From Nostoc sp. (GTDB taxonomy: Bacteria > Cyanobacteriota > Cyanobacteriia > Cyanobacteriales > Nostocaceae), in NCBI GenBank assembly GCA_036918135.1, contig JBALDB010000048.1, forward strand, positions 64,001 through 128,000: a stretch of 64,000 bases of DNA, in the 5' to 3' direction. The notes below the pieces were generated by a model. That model was not told where the DNA came from. It did no database searches and saw only the letters and a list, made by a program, of their open reading frames with translations. The position numbers were made by a program, and so were the translations under genes. This document shows positions 30,333-40,294 of the stretch, in pieces. Each line of letters begins with the position of its first letter. Within the stretch, counting starts at the first letter, position 1.

Positions 30333-31217
30333 ATGAGCCAGATTTTGCAATATCCACTCCACAATGTTTTAGAAGCCCGTGCCCGCTTGGGTGAAGGACC
30401 AATTTGGGATTCGACTAAAAAGCAACTTTATTGGATAGATACTTATAACCATAAAGTGCATCAATTCGACCCGCTAACAGGGAAAAATAGCTTTTTTGAT
30501 GTGGGAGATGTGGTAGGTGCGATCGCAACAGCTGGTACAGATAGATTAATTATCACACTGCGTCATCACCTGGCATTTCTCAACACCCAGACAGGTGAAG
30601 TTACCCCAATCTTAGAAATTGAAGATAACCCCCCAAATAATCGGCTCAACGATGGCAAATGTGACCCCCAAGGTCGCTTTTGGTTTGGCTCAATGTCTTC
30701 TATAGAAAAACCCCACGCTAGCCTCTATCGTTATGACGCTGACGGTTCGTTACATGTAATGGAAACAGGATTGACTATCTCTAATGGTTTGGGTTGGAGT
30801 CCCGATCGAAAGACATTTTACTTAGCTGATTCTCCTGACCAAAAAATATATGCTTATGACTTTGATTCAGTAACAGGCAATATTACTAACCGCCGAATTT
30901 TTGTTGATTTAACTCATGAATCTTTCCACCCAGATGGATTAACGGTAGATGCTCAAGGAAATATTTGGTCAGCTATGTGGAATGGATGGTGTGTGATTCG
31001 TTTCAATCCTAAAGGTGAAGAGATATTGCGGATTAATCTACCCGTTCCACTCGTAACCAGTTGTACCTTTGGTGGCGAAGATTTACAAACACTATACATC
31101 ACTACCGCTTCAGTTGAACTTAGCCAAGTCGAGATTGACAAAAGTTTCTACTCTGGTGATTTGTTTGCTTTAGAAACTGATGTTACCGGATTACCTAGTT
31201 ATGATTTTAGGAATTGA
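30333..31217 (+). CDS. SMP-30/gluconolactonase family protein
   Basis: LGEGPIW, RLNDGKCD, SNGLGWSPD, PDGLTVD, TSCTFGG. Confidence 0.94.
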   Translation: MSQILQYPLHNVLEARARLGEGPIWDSTKKQLYWIDTYNHKVHQFDPLTGKNSFFDVGDVVGAIATAGTDRLIITLRHHLAFLNTQTGEVTPILEIEDNPPNNRLNDGKCDPQGRFWFGSMSSIEKPHASLYRYDADGSLHVMETGLTISNGLGWSPDRKTFYLADSPDQKIYAYDFDSVTGNITNRRIFVDLTHESFHPDGLTVDAQGNIWSAMWNGWCVIRFNPKGEEILRINLPVPLVTSCTFGGEDLQTLYITTASVELSQVEIDKSFYSGDLFALETDVTGLPSYDFRN

Positions 31218-31348
31218 GGATTGGTAATTCAGATAGTGAGATTTAATTTGAACTTATTGATTAAATTCTCCTCTTCAGATGTTTGTGAATTTTAAAAACT
31301 ACCAAAAGTGATACAATATGGTATGTAACATCCTGCGAGATTACATGG

Positions 31349-32758
31349 ATGCTTATAGACATAGTTCTCCGTAAACGCTACAAAATCGTAGAGCAATTGG
31401 GAAGTGGTGGATTTGGCGACACCTATTTAGCTCAGGACTTAGATTTACCTAGCAATCCTAAATGTGTCGTAAAACACCTGAGACCTCAACACTTTAAGCC
31501 AGAAGTGTTGGCGATCGCTAGACGATTATTCGAGAGTGAAGCAGAAGTTTTATACCGCTTAGGTAAGTTTAGCAACCAAATACCTAAACTATTCGCTCAT
31601 TTTGAGGAAAATGGTGAATTTTATTTAGTACAAGAATTTGTAGACGGGCATGATTTAGGAGCAGAAATTATTCCTGGTCATCCATGGAATGAAGGCAAAG
31701 TTGTTCAACTATTGCAACAGATTTTAGAAGTTTTGTCTGTGGTTCATCAGCAGAATATTATCCATCGTGATATCAAACCTCAAAATTTAATGCGTCGTCT
31801 TGAGGATGGCAAAATTGTGCTAATTGACTTTGGAGCAGTTAAAGAAATTAAAGGTTTGGCAGCAAATTCTCAAGGTCAAGTTACTTCAACTATTGCTATT
31901 GGGTCTAATGGCTATATGCCAAATGAACAAGCTAGTTCTAGACCAAAACTATGTAGTGATATATATGCAGTGGGAGTGATTGGTATTCAAGCTTTGACAG
32001 GCAAATTACCTAAAGATTTCCAAGAAGACCCCAGCAATGGAGAAATAATTTGGCGAAATGAGGTAAATGTTAGCAAGAAATTGGCTGATATTCTAACTAA
32101 AATGGTACGTTACAACTTTAGCCAGCGATACCAAACAGCAAGCGAGGCTTTGCAAGCACTGAGTTCTATATCTCCAGCACTATCAAAGTCAACAACGTCG
32201 TGGAAATTGCCATCTCACAGAAAAGTTTTAGTTGCAACTGGAGTAGGAGCAGGAATGCTTGTGTTAGCTTCTTTTGTTCTCTTGTCTACCAAAACGACCA
32301 AAACGACCAAAAATTTTACTCAACTACCTTGCGATGCCGATCTATCTTTATTATCTTTACCACCATTACCAGAGGAACCAAATAAACAGTTTGAAAATGG
32401 TACTAGATTTTATGGCTCTTTCAATCAAAATAATAAATTAACTGGCAAGGGAATCTTAGAATTTCCAAATGGTAATAGATATGATGGAGAGTTCAAAAAC
32501 GGTAAGCGTACTGGTTGTGGAAGATATTCATATCTCCAGAAAGATAGTCCATACGAATATTATATAGGTCAATACGTAAAAGATCAGCCTAACGGTGTAG
32601 GAAGATTAAGATGGAAAAATGGTAATGAGTACAGAGGAAATTTCAAAGATAGCAAATGTGAGGGAGAAGGAATATTTCAATCTGCCAGTGGTTCTTCTAA
32701 AAGTGGAGTTTGGAAGAAAGGTGATTTGTTAAAAGATAAGAATATATCATGTAATTAA
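31349..32758 (+). CDS. Membrane Ser/Thr kinase with C-terminal MORN repeats
   Basis: GSGGFG, HRDIKPQN, DFG; TM segment (VLVATGVGAGMLVLASFVLLS); YDGEFKNGKRTGCG, YRGNFKDSKCEGEG repeats. Confidence 0.92.
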   Translation: MLIDIVLRKRYKIVEQLGSGGFGDTYLAQDLDLPSNPKCVVKHLRPQHFKPEVLAIARRLFESEAEVLYRLGKFSNQIPKLFAHFEENGEFYLVQEFVDGHDLGAEIIPGHPWNEGKVVQLLQQILEVLSVVHQQNIIHRDIKPQNLMRRLEDGKIVLIDFGAVKEIKGLAANSQGQVTSTIAIGSNGYMPNEQASSRPKLCSDIYAVGVIGIQALTGKLPKDFQEDPSNGEIIWRNEVNVSKKLADILTKMVRYNFSQRYQTASEALQALSSISPALSKSTTSWKLPSHRKVLVATGVGAGMLVLASFVLLSTKTTKTTKNFTQLPCDADLSLLSLPPLPEEPNKQFENGTRFYGSFNQNNKLTGKGILEFPNGNRYDGEFKNGKRTGCGRYSYLQKDSPYEYYIGQYVKDQPNGVGRLRWKNGNEYRGNFKDSKCEGEGIFQSASGSSKSGVWKKGDLLKDKNISCN

Positions 32759-32864
32759 GAATAAATATAAATATATTTTGTAGTTTGTAGTATTTTAAAA
32801 TATTTAGATATCATTTTCATAATAAACTAATAGTAAAACATCAAATATCAAGGAATCAGGAAAA

Positions 32865-33470
32865 ATGAATCAAAGGTCATCTGAAAAATCCAAATTTATA
32901 TCTAGGGCAGTTTCTTTACTCTTTATCACTTCTTATTTTAGCTTCGCTATTCTCCCACAAATAGTACTGGGGCAGCCAACACAAGAGTCAACACCAACAG
33001 ATACCACAACACCGTCGAATCAAAATACTCCAAATACGATAACACCGTCGAATCAAAATACTCCAAATACGATAACACCGTCGAATCAAAATACTCCAAA
33101 TACGATAACACCGTCGAATCAAAATACTCCAAATACGATAACACCATCTAATCAAAATACTCCAGATACCACAACACCATTTAATCAAAATATTCCAAAT
33201 ACCACAACACCATCTAATCAAAATACTCCAAATACCACAACACCATCGAATCAAAATATTCCAAATACCACAACACCATCGAACCAAAATATTCCAAATA
33301 CCACAACACCATCGAACCAAAATACTCCAAATACGACAACACCGTCGAATCAAAATACTCCAAATACGACAACGCCATCGAATCAAAATACTCCAAATAC
33401 CACAACACCATCGAACCAAAATACTCCAAATACCACAACGCGAAAACAACGCGTTCGAGGACGAGGATAA
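32865..33470 (+). CDS. Exported Thr/Pro/Asn-rich tandem-repeat protein
   Basis: AGGA RBS, signal-like N-terminus, about 13 copies of NTPNTTTPSNQ; nucleotide variation is largely synonymous in this frame; basic tail RKQRVRGRG. Confidence 0.8.
   Translation: MNQRSSEKSKFISRAVSLLFITSYFSFAILPQIVLGQPTQESTPTDTTTPSNQNTPNTITPSNQNTPNTITPSNQNTPNTITPSNQNTPNTITPSNQNTPDTTTPFNQNIPNTTTPSNQNTPNTTTPSNQNIPNTTTPSNQNIPNTTTPSNQNTPNTTTPSNQNTPNTTTPSNQNTPNTTTPSNQNTPNTTTRKQRVRGRG
33000..33440 (+). repeat. 33-bp coding tandem repeat, about 13 copies
   Basis: Unit AATACTCCAAATACSAYAACACCRTCGAATCAA, head-to-tail with no spacers. Confidence 0.95.
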
Positions 33471-33626
33471 AACTTATTTGATTAGTAAAATTTGGCAAAA
33501 TAGTTGATAAAAAATTCAGAATTCAGACTTCAAGCTAGTTGAAATTTGAGTTCTGAATTACTTTTAATAAATAAAATAAAACTGAAAATTAAATATTTTG
33601 TAAAAAACTTATAACTTATATAGTTA

Positions 33627-34283
33627 ATGCAGCAGATTATGAGCAATAGTGTGTATTACCGTAGTACTCTAAAATTGGGATTGATCTCAATTGCTTTACT
33701 TTTCTGGCTTCAACCACGTGCTATTGCTAAAACTACGGTTGAGCAAGGAGTAACAAAGAAGACAATAATTAGTCAACTGAACTCTCCTCCAGCGCAACCA
33801 AATCTTCCTAGCACTTCTGAACGAATGATGCATTTACTGCACAGGCTCAAGCTTCCAGTGCAGCCAACCCCTTCTAATACTTCTAAGCAAAATATCCATT
33901 TACTACTCGTTCTTAAGCAACGAAGACTTTATATCTATCAGGGGAATGTTTTACTAGCCAGCTATCCAGTAGCTATTGGTAAACAAAAGTGGGAAACGCC
34001 CACAGGCAAATTTAAAGTGCTTAATATGGTTGAAAACCCAGCTTGGGAAAATCCATTTGTTAGTTACACACAAGTTGTTCTTCCGGGTTTAGAGAATCCT
34101 CTAGGAGAACGTTGGATTGGATTTTGGACTGATGGCAAAGACGAAATTGGATTTCATGGTACTTACCAGCGAGATTCTGTAGGGAAGGCAATTTCTCATG
34201 GTTGTGTTCGTATGTATAATGAGGACGTGCGGAAATTGTATCAAATGGTGACAATAGGAACTCCTGTAACAGTAGTTCCTTAA
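33627..34283 (+). CDS. L,D-transpeptidase (YkuD family), exported
   Basis: YPVAIG, TPTGKF, NPLGERWI, GFHGT...SHGCVRM catalytic motif; AIA signal cleavage site. Confidence 0.93.
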   Translation: MQQIMSNSVYYRSTLKLGLISIALLFWLQPRAIAKTTVEQGVTKKTIISQLNSPPAQPNLPSTSERMMHLLHRLKLPVQPTPSNTSKQNIHLLLVLKQRRLYIYQGNVLLASYPVAIGKQKWETPTGKFKVLNMVENPAWENPFVSYTQVVLPGLENPLGERWIGFWTDGKDEIGFHGTYQRDSVGKAISHGCVRMYNEDVRKLYQMVTIGTPVTVVP

Positions 34284-34324
34284 ATACAGATAAATGCACA
34301 TGAATAACGATGATTTATCTGTTA

Positions 34325-34852
34325 TTACTGTTTTTCATAAGCATTGCTAGCTTTTTGCGGTAAAAGATAAATACCCCCAGATATTAAAGTCAGGGCCACT
34401 GAAATCCAAAAAGCAATCACAGATGCAGTTTGCCACACTTCACCGAGAGGCGCAATCAAAAGTGCGATCGCTACTATTTGACTAATAGTTTTGAGTTTAC
34501 CCCAAATATTTGCCCCCGTAATTGTTGTTTGATTTACCCGCCAACCAGCGATCGCTAATTCCCGCGCTAAAATCAAAAACACTCCCCAAGCCGGCACTTT
34601 TCCCAGTTCAATCAACACCATTAACGGCGCAAGTACTAAAAATTTATCCACCAAGGGGTCGAGAAACTTCCCTAAATCACTAATTTGGTTGAGTTTCCGC
34701 GCTAAGTAACCATCTAACCAATCAGTTAATGCAGCAATGAGAAAAATTGTCAAGCATATCCACTTAGCTTCAGGTGTGGGATTATATAAGCCGTAAAGCA
34801 AAAATGGTACACCCAGAAGGCGAGAGAAAGTAATCCAGTTGGGTAAAGTCAT
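34325..34852 (-). CDS. pgsA: CDP-diacylglycerol--glycerol-3-phosphate 3-phosphatidyltransferase
   Basis: MTLPNWIT, TDWLDGYLAR, GKFLDPLVDK. Confidence 0.95.
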   Translation of the reverse strand: MTLPNWITFSRLLGVPFLLYGLYNPTPEAKWICLTIFLIAALTDWLDGYLARKLNQISDLGKFLDPLVDKFLVLAPLMVLIELGKVPAWGVFLILARELAIAGWRVNQTTITGANIWGKLKTISQIVAIALLIAPLGEVWQTASVIAFWISVALTLISGGIYLLPQKASNAYEKQ

Positions 34853-34984
34853 AGAGTATTGGACATAGGGCATAGGGCATCGGGCATGAGACATTGGGTT
34901 AGGAAAACTCTTCCCCAGTCCCTCATCCTCAGTTTCCCCTATGCATGGGAAAATCTGTTTTCTGAAGCTCTTTAAAACAATACT

Positions 34985-36406
34985 ATGACTCAACACACAG
35001 ACTCAGAATTTCGCATCGAACGTGATTCAATGGGCGATCGCCAAATTGCTAGTAGCGTTTATTACGGCATTCAAACACTGCGGGCAGTTGAAAATTTCCC
35101 AATCAGTGGCATCAAACCTTTGCCTACTTACGTAGATGCTTGTCTTTTAATTAAAAAAGCTACGGCAATTGTGAATGGAGAACTAAATTGCATTCCCCAA
35201 GATATAAGTCAGGCAATAGTCCAAGCAACTGATGAAATCTTAGCCGGGAAATTGCGCGAACAATTTGTTGTAGATGTTTATCAAGCGGGTGCTGGAACTT
35301 CTCACCACATGAATGTCAACGAAGTTCTAGCAAATCGTGCCTTAGAAATTCTCGGCGAAGAAAAAGGCAATTATAAGCGTGTTAGTCCTAATGACCACGT
35401 TAACTATGGGCAGTCTACCAATGATGTGATTCCTACGGCAATTAGAATTGGTGGTTTATTGGCACTCGATCGCACATTACACCCAGCTTTAGAAGAGGCG
35501 ATCGCTTCCTTAGAAAACAAAGCTGAAGAATTTCAAGATATCGTCAAATCTGGCAGAACTCACTTACAAGATGCTGTACCAGTACGTTTGGGTGAAAATT
35601 TTCGAGCTTGGGCGCAAATCCTCACAGAACATCAAAACCGGATTTACACCGCCTCTGGAGATTTGATGGTGCTGGGTTTGGGGGGTAGTGCAGCCGGAAC
35701 GGGATTAAACACTCATCCTTTGTATCGCGCCCGTGTCGTCGAAGTTCTCTCCCAATTAATTGACACTCCATTAGAACCTGCACCGCATTTGATGGCAGCT
35801 ATGCAAAGTATGGCACCATTTGTCAACGTTTCCGGTGCTTTGCGGAACTTAGCGCAGGATTTAGCCAAAATATCTCATGACTTGCGGTTGATGGATTCCG
35901 GACCAAAAACTGGTTTGAAAGAAATTCAACTGCCCCCAGTGCAACCAGGTTCTTCGATTATGCCAGGGAAATACAACCCTGTGATGGCAGAGATGACGTC
36001 AATGGTGTGTTTTCAGGTGATGGGTTACGACAATGCGATCGCCTTAGCCGCCCAAGCAGGACAATTAGAACTAAATGTGATGATGCCACTGATTGCCTAT
36101 AACCTAATTCACAGCATCGAAATTTTAGGCAATACCATCGCCGCACTTACCAAACGTTGCATCCAGGGAATTACAGCCAACAAAGAACGTTGTTTAGCAT
36201 ACGCCGAAGGCAGTTTAGCTTTAGTAACCGCACTCAACACTCACATCGGTTATTTAAATGCCGCAGCTGTCGCCAAAGAATCTTTAGAAACTGGTAAATC
36301 CCTACGGCAAATCGTTCTAGAACGAGGATTGATGAGTGAAGCAGACTTAGCTACAGTGTTAGATCTAGAACAAATGAGTGCTATCTTACCCCTTAAGACA
36401 GAATAA
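34985..36406 (+). CDS. Class II fumarase / aspartate ammonia-lyase
   Basis: RIERDSMG, GQSTND, GRTHLQDA, GSSIMPGKYNP; substrate cannot be decided by eye. Confidence 0.92.
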   Translation: MTQHTDSEFRIERDSMGDRQIASSVYYGIQTLRAVENFPISGIKPLPTYVDACLLIKKATAIVNGELNCIPQDISQAIVQATDEILAGKLREQFVVDVYQAGAGTSHHMNVNEVLANRALEILGEEKGNYKRVSPNDHVNYGQSTNDVIPTAIRIGGLLALDRTLHPALEEAIASLENKAEEFQDIVKSGRTHLQDAVPVRLGENFRAWAQILTEHQNRIYTASGDLMVLGLGGSAAGTGLNTHPLYRARVVEVLSQLIDTPLEPAPHLMAAMQSMAPFVNVSGALRNLAQDLAKISHDLRLMDSGPKTGLKEIQLPPVQPGSSIMPGKYNPVMAEMTSMVCFQVMGYDNAIALAAQAGQLELNVMMPLIAYNLIHSIEILGNTIAALTKRCIQGITANKERCLAYAEGSLALVTALNTHIGYLNAAAVAKESLETGKSLRQIVLERGLMSEADLATVLDLEQMSAILPLKTE

Positions 36407-36410
36407 TCGC

Positions 36411-36620
36411 GTGTGGGAGGATGGGGAAGAAATGCAGGTGTGGGAGGTTTTGGAGGTGTGGGAGGTGTGGGAGGATGGGGAACAGATGCAGGTGTGGGAG
36501 GTATGGGAGGATAGGGAAGAAATCTTGCCCCCCTCTCTCCCCACACTCCCCACACTCCCCCATCTCCTCATCTCCCCACACTCCCCACACTTCCCATATT
36601 CCCCCAGTCCCTAATCCCTA
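36411..36620. repeat. G-rich/C-rich 9-mer repeat block (GGTGTGGGA / CCCCACACT) with an internal 54-bp-period duplication
   Basis: gtgtgggaggatggggaaNaNatgcaggtgtgggagg at 36411 and 36465, then complementary ccccacact units. Confidence 0.85.
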
Positions 36621-36626
36621 TTTACC

Positions 36627-37598
36627 ATGCAAACTCAAAAACCATCTGTTAGCCTCATCCGGGCTACTTCCTACGAACGAGAAGCTTTACGAGAATCTTT
36701 AGTGACACTGCTGGAACCTTTTGGAGGAATGGTAGCATTTGTTAAAAAAGGCGATCGCGTTTTACTCAAACCCAATCTACTTACAGGTAGCCGTCCTGGT
36801 AAAGAGTGTATTACCCGTGCAGAACTAGTTTACGCAGTTGCCCAAATGGTAATTGAAGTTGGCGGTAAGCCATTTTTGGGTGATAGTCCAGCTTTCGGTA
36901 GCGCCAGGGGAGTAGCAGTGGCAAATGGCTATCTGCCTATTTTAGAAGAACTCAACGTTCCCATTATCGATTTTCACGGTCAGCGTTACCAAACTGTGAG
37001 CGATAATTTTAATCACCTGCGGCTGTCTAAAGAAGCGATGGAAGCAGATGTGGTGATTAACCTACCCAAAGTCAAATCCCATGCCCAATTGACATTAACA
37101 CTGGGCGTAAAAAACTTGTTTGGTTGCGTCCCCGGCAAAATGAAAGCTTGGTGGCACATGGAAGCCGGAAAAGACGCCAATAGATTTGCCCAAATGTTAG
37201 TAGAAACTGCCAGGGCAATTAACCCTAACTTAACTATATTAGATGGTATTATCGGTCATGAAGGTAACGGCCCTAGTAACGGTGAACCTCGCCAACTGGG
37301 TATTTTAGCAGCTGCATCAGATATATTTGCCCTCGATAGAGTAATGGTAGAAATCCTGAATGTTCCTCCCGAACAAGTGCCTACAGTTGCAGCTTCCCAA
37401 AAATTAGGAGTTTGTCCAGAACTTGCTGATATAGAGTTTCCAAATTTAAATCCTGACTTATTAAAAATAGAAGATTGGCGGTTACCAGACAAGTTAATGC
37501 CCATTGATTTTGGTATGCCCCGCGTGATTAAATCTACGTTTAAGCATCTTTACACTCGGTTTATTAAGGAGCCAATGAGTGTTTACGCAAAGAATTAA
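36627..37598 (+). CDS. DUF362-domain protein
   Basis: VLLKPNLL, INLPKVKSH, LGVKNLFG, HEGNGP. Confidence 0.88.
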   Translation: MQTQKPSVSLIRATSYEREALRESLVTLLEPFGGMVAFVKKGDRVLLKPNLLTGSRPGKECITRAELVYAVAQMVIEVGGKPFLGDSPAFGSARGVAVANGYLPILEELNVPIIDFHGQRYQTVSDNFNHLRLSKEAMEADVVINLPKVKSHAQLTLTLGVKNLFGCVPGKMKAWWHMEAGKDANRFAQMLVETARAINPNLTILDGIIGHEGNGPSNGEPRQLGILAAASDIFALDRVMVEILNVPPEQVPTVAASQKLGVCPELADIEFPNLNPDLLKIEDWRLPDKLMPIDFGMPRVIKSTFKHLYTRFIKEPMSVYAKN

Positions 37599-38038
37599 CG
37601 AATAGGGAAGATGCGGGGCAGAAGGGAGAATTTCTAACTCAGCATTCAACACTCAGCAGTCAACAATTAACAATCAACAGTCAGTATTCCCCATGCCCAA
37701 TCTAAAAGTGCAAACTTCGTTACAGCAATTTCATTTATTAGCAAAGTAACTTGTAATTACCCTCCGATTGCTTAACCAAACCGTCCTAGTTACTATAGTG
37801 GCGGTTTTTTTAATATTTAGGACTTGTAATTACCAAATTGGATACACATTATACAACTTGCCTAAGCTGCATAGATGTTTTACAGCAATTATCAAATTTA
37901 TAAGATATACTGTATTTGAGATAAAAGCCTCACTGCTCCGTTATAAGAGTTGTAACAGTGAGTAGGCTCGTTGCCCCATCACAGGGGTCGTAACAACGAG
38001 AAATATCTAAGTATCAAACTACGGAAGATATTTTTTTT

Positions 38039-38392
38039 ATGACAATTAAGCAAAGCTTAATACTTAATAAAGGTTCAACGAATGTCCAAGTTTCACCACG
38101 AGAAGAAATCGTATTGCTCGCACTCTACAACAAAGAACTTTATGGTCTCCAAATTCCGCAGGCTATGGAAGAGGCTAGCGGCGGTAATACTAAGATGGGG
38201 ATTGGCACTCTTTACCCTGTTCTCCATTCTCTGGAAAAGAAAGGGCTTGTTGAATCCCGCTGGGGAGATGAAGGGCGTGAAGAACGAGGTGGAGCAAGAC
38301 GGCGCTATTACAAACTTACAGGTAGCGGCGTTGCGACTCTCGAAGCCGTCCAGTCTTTCCGCTCCAACCTACTCATTTGGCAGCCCAGTTAG
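38039..38392 (+). CDS. PadR-family transcriptional regulator
   Basis: LYGLQI, GTLYPVLHSLEKKGLVES, RRRYYKLTGSG. Confidence 0.92.
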   Translation: MTIKQSLILNKGSTNVQVSPREEIVLLALYNKELYGLQIPQAMEEASGGNTKMGIGTLYPVLHSLEKKGLVESRWGDEGREERGGARRRYYKLTGSGVATLEAVQSFRSNLLIWQPS

Positions 38393-38864
38393 TGGAACAG
38401 CAGGTACAGAAATTGAAGATAACGATTGGGAATTTACTATCAAAGAAATTCAACTCAAGACACAAATCCTAGAGGCTATAACATCTTTAAAATCAGAGGA
38501 AGTTATCGAAGTTGTGGAAGAGTTGATAGCTCAGAAAGTAGTAACCAATTTAGAAGACTTAGTAGAAAATCTAGAGAACCTCTCTAAGTTAAAAAAGAGA
38601 TTACGCAAGTATAAAAAATCTGATCCTGCTGAAACTTGGACTAGTAGGTGGATAGCTTCCCCGATTGCTTACCTCTTTCCCCCAGAACGACGTGAAGAAT
38701 GGCTAGGAGATTTGTACGAAGTGAATTGGGAGATGCTGCACAAAGACTATCCTCGTTGGCTGGTTAATCTTAATAATGTTTGGAAAACTGTGATCTTGGT
38801 AATTTCTGCTTTAAAAATTAAGCTGTCAGATTTCTTCTCACTAGGTAAAGTCAAGAGCGAGTAG
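38393..38864 (+). CDS. PadR partner protein (permease-prefix-like REEWLGDLYE motif); start unresolved
   Basis: Open frame 38082-38864 is +1 to padR; helical C-terminal part LFPPERREEWLGDLYE resembles proteins found downstream of PadR genes. Confidence 0.6.
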
Positions 38865-39033
38865 AGGAAAATCCATTTTCAAGGATGGCGTTGAGTAATC
38901 TACCACCACGCCATTTCCCTTTTATTTATATTTGTTTTCTTGAGAGATGTCCCTGGCAGTGCATTCCTAATTTTTCATGACTTGTACTAAATGATACGAG
39001 CATTAACTAGATTTTTTTCATCTCCGTCTCATC

Positions 39034-39924
39034 TCACTCCTGCTTTCTTTCTGCTATCCTCAACTTGGCCGATCGCGATCGCGGATTCTTACCAATTTCC
39101 TCTTCATCAGCAATAATTGGTTTTTTTGTCAATACCTTTAATAAAGGTGAATTTCTCAAACTATGTTTTACTAAACGGTCTTCTAGACTGTGAAAACTAA
39201 TAATCGCAATTTTGCCGCCAGGGACAAGGGCGTTTGGTGCTTTATCCAAAAAAGTTTCTAAGGATTTTAGCTCATCGTTGACGACAATTCGCAGAGCTTG
39301 GAAAACACGGGTAGCGGGGTGAATTCTACCATAACGGTATTTAGGGGGAACACAACTAGCGATCGCCTCAGCCAACTCAACAGTGGTGTGAAACGGACGC
39401 CGTTCGATGATGCGTCTAGCAATCCGCCGTGATAATCTCTCTTCACCGTACTCAAAGAAAACTTTAGCTAATTCGGCTTCATCCCAATTATTAATTACAT
39501 CAGCAGCGGTTAGCGAGGCTCGTCTATCCATTCGCATATCCAAACTTGCGGCGTGGCGAAAGCTAAAACCCCTCTCTGGCTGGTCTAAATGGTAAGAACT
39601 CACCCCCAAATCCGCGATGATTCCATCGAAAGTGTTAGGGGTAAACTCGTAGGCAGCAAAATTGCTATGAATAAATTGTACGCGTTCTCCATATTCAGCT
39701 AAGTTCTTCTGTGCCGCTGCTAAAGCATCCTCATCTTGGTCAATCGCCGTTAATTGTATATCTGGTATAGCTTCTAAAATCAGGCGACTGTGACCACCAC
39801 CGCCTACCGTAACATCTAAATAATGCCCACCAGGATGCACCAGCAGATTTTCAATTATCTCCCTACCTAAAACTGGCACATGAAAAAATTCCTGCGCCTC
39901 AAGTCCCTGATATCCAGCTTCCAT
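39034..39924 (-). CDS. rsmH: 16S rRNA m4C1402 methyltransferase
   Basis: [52 protein letters not shown]. Confidence 0.96.
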   Translation of the reverse strand: MEAGYQGLEAQEFFHVPVLGREIIENLLVHPGGHYLDVTVGGGGHSRLILEAIPDIQLTAIDQDEDALAAAQKNLAEYGERVQFIHSNFAAYEFTPNTFDGIIADLGVSSYHLDQPERGFSFRHAASLDMRMDRRASLTAADVINNWDEAELAKVFFEYGEERLSRRIARRIIERRPFHTTVELAEAIASCVPPKYRYGRIHPATRVFQALRIVVNDELKSLETFLDKAPNALVPGGKIAIISFHSLEDRLVKHSLRNSPLLKVLTKKPIIADEEEIGKNPRSRSAKLRIAERKQE

Positions 39925-40294
39925 ATAATAGTTGAAGAAGTGCAACAAAATGAAACATCAAGTAAAACCCCTCGTCTGTCACCCCCTCTCAAACATACCC
40001 CTGTATGGGCAATACATATAGAGCAGTTTCTCTAAAAGTATTGCCTGTGAAAGTCTGTCAAATTCAAATTGACAGGTCAGGACTGATGTCAGGACATGGG
40101 AAAATTTTCATTTTCCGCGTCCTTGCGTCTCCCCATCAGAGTGTCAATCTTTGATAAACCTTAGCTTGGCATGACAGACAAGATAAATTGGCTCTAGTTG
40201 GCATCTTCTCTGCCAGACGCTACGCGTTCACGTAGTGTCTCATAGAGAAGGCGGTTCAATTCAAAATTTTTACAACGGGAGAACACTAAAATCT

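Noticed and set aside
32288..32312. 9-bp microduplications (TKTTKTTK in the kinase; IKPIKPIK at about 27271-27295)
   Set aside because: In-frame slippage in linkers; cannot cause phase variation
33000..33440. 33-bp repeats as a CRISPR array
   Set aside because: Head-to-tail units with no unique spacers, in frame within an ORF, and no cas genes
32947..33498. Minus-strand Cys/Trp- or Tyr-rich repeat ORFs (RWCCGIWSILI; YLEYFDS) as RiPP or metallothionein precursors
   Set aside because: Antisense shadows of the tandem repeat; the + frame has the RBS, signal peptide and synonymous variation
36250..36702. Several overlapping ORFs in the G/C-rich spacer
   Set aside because: Stop-free by-products of low-complexity repeats
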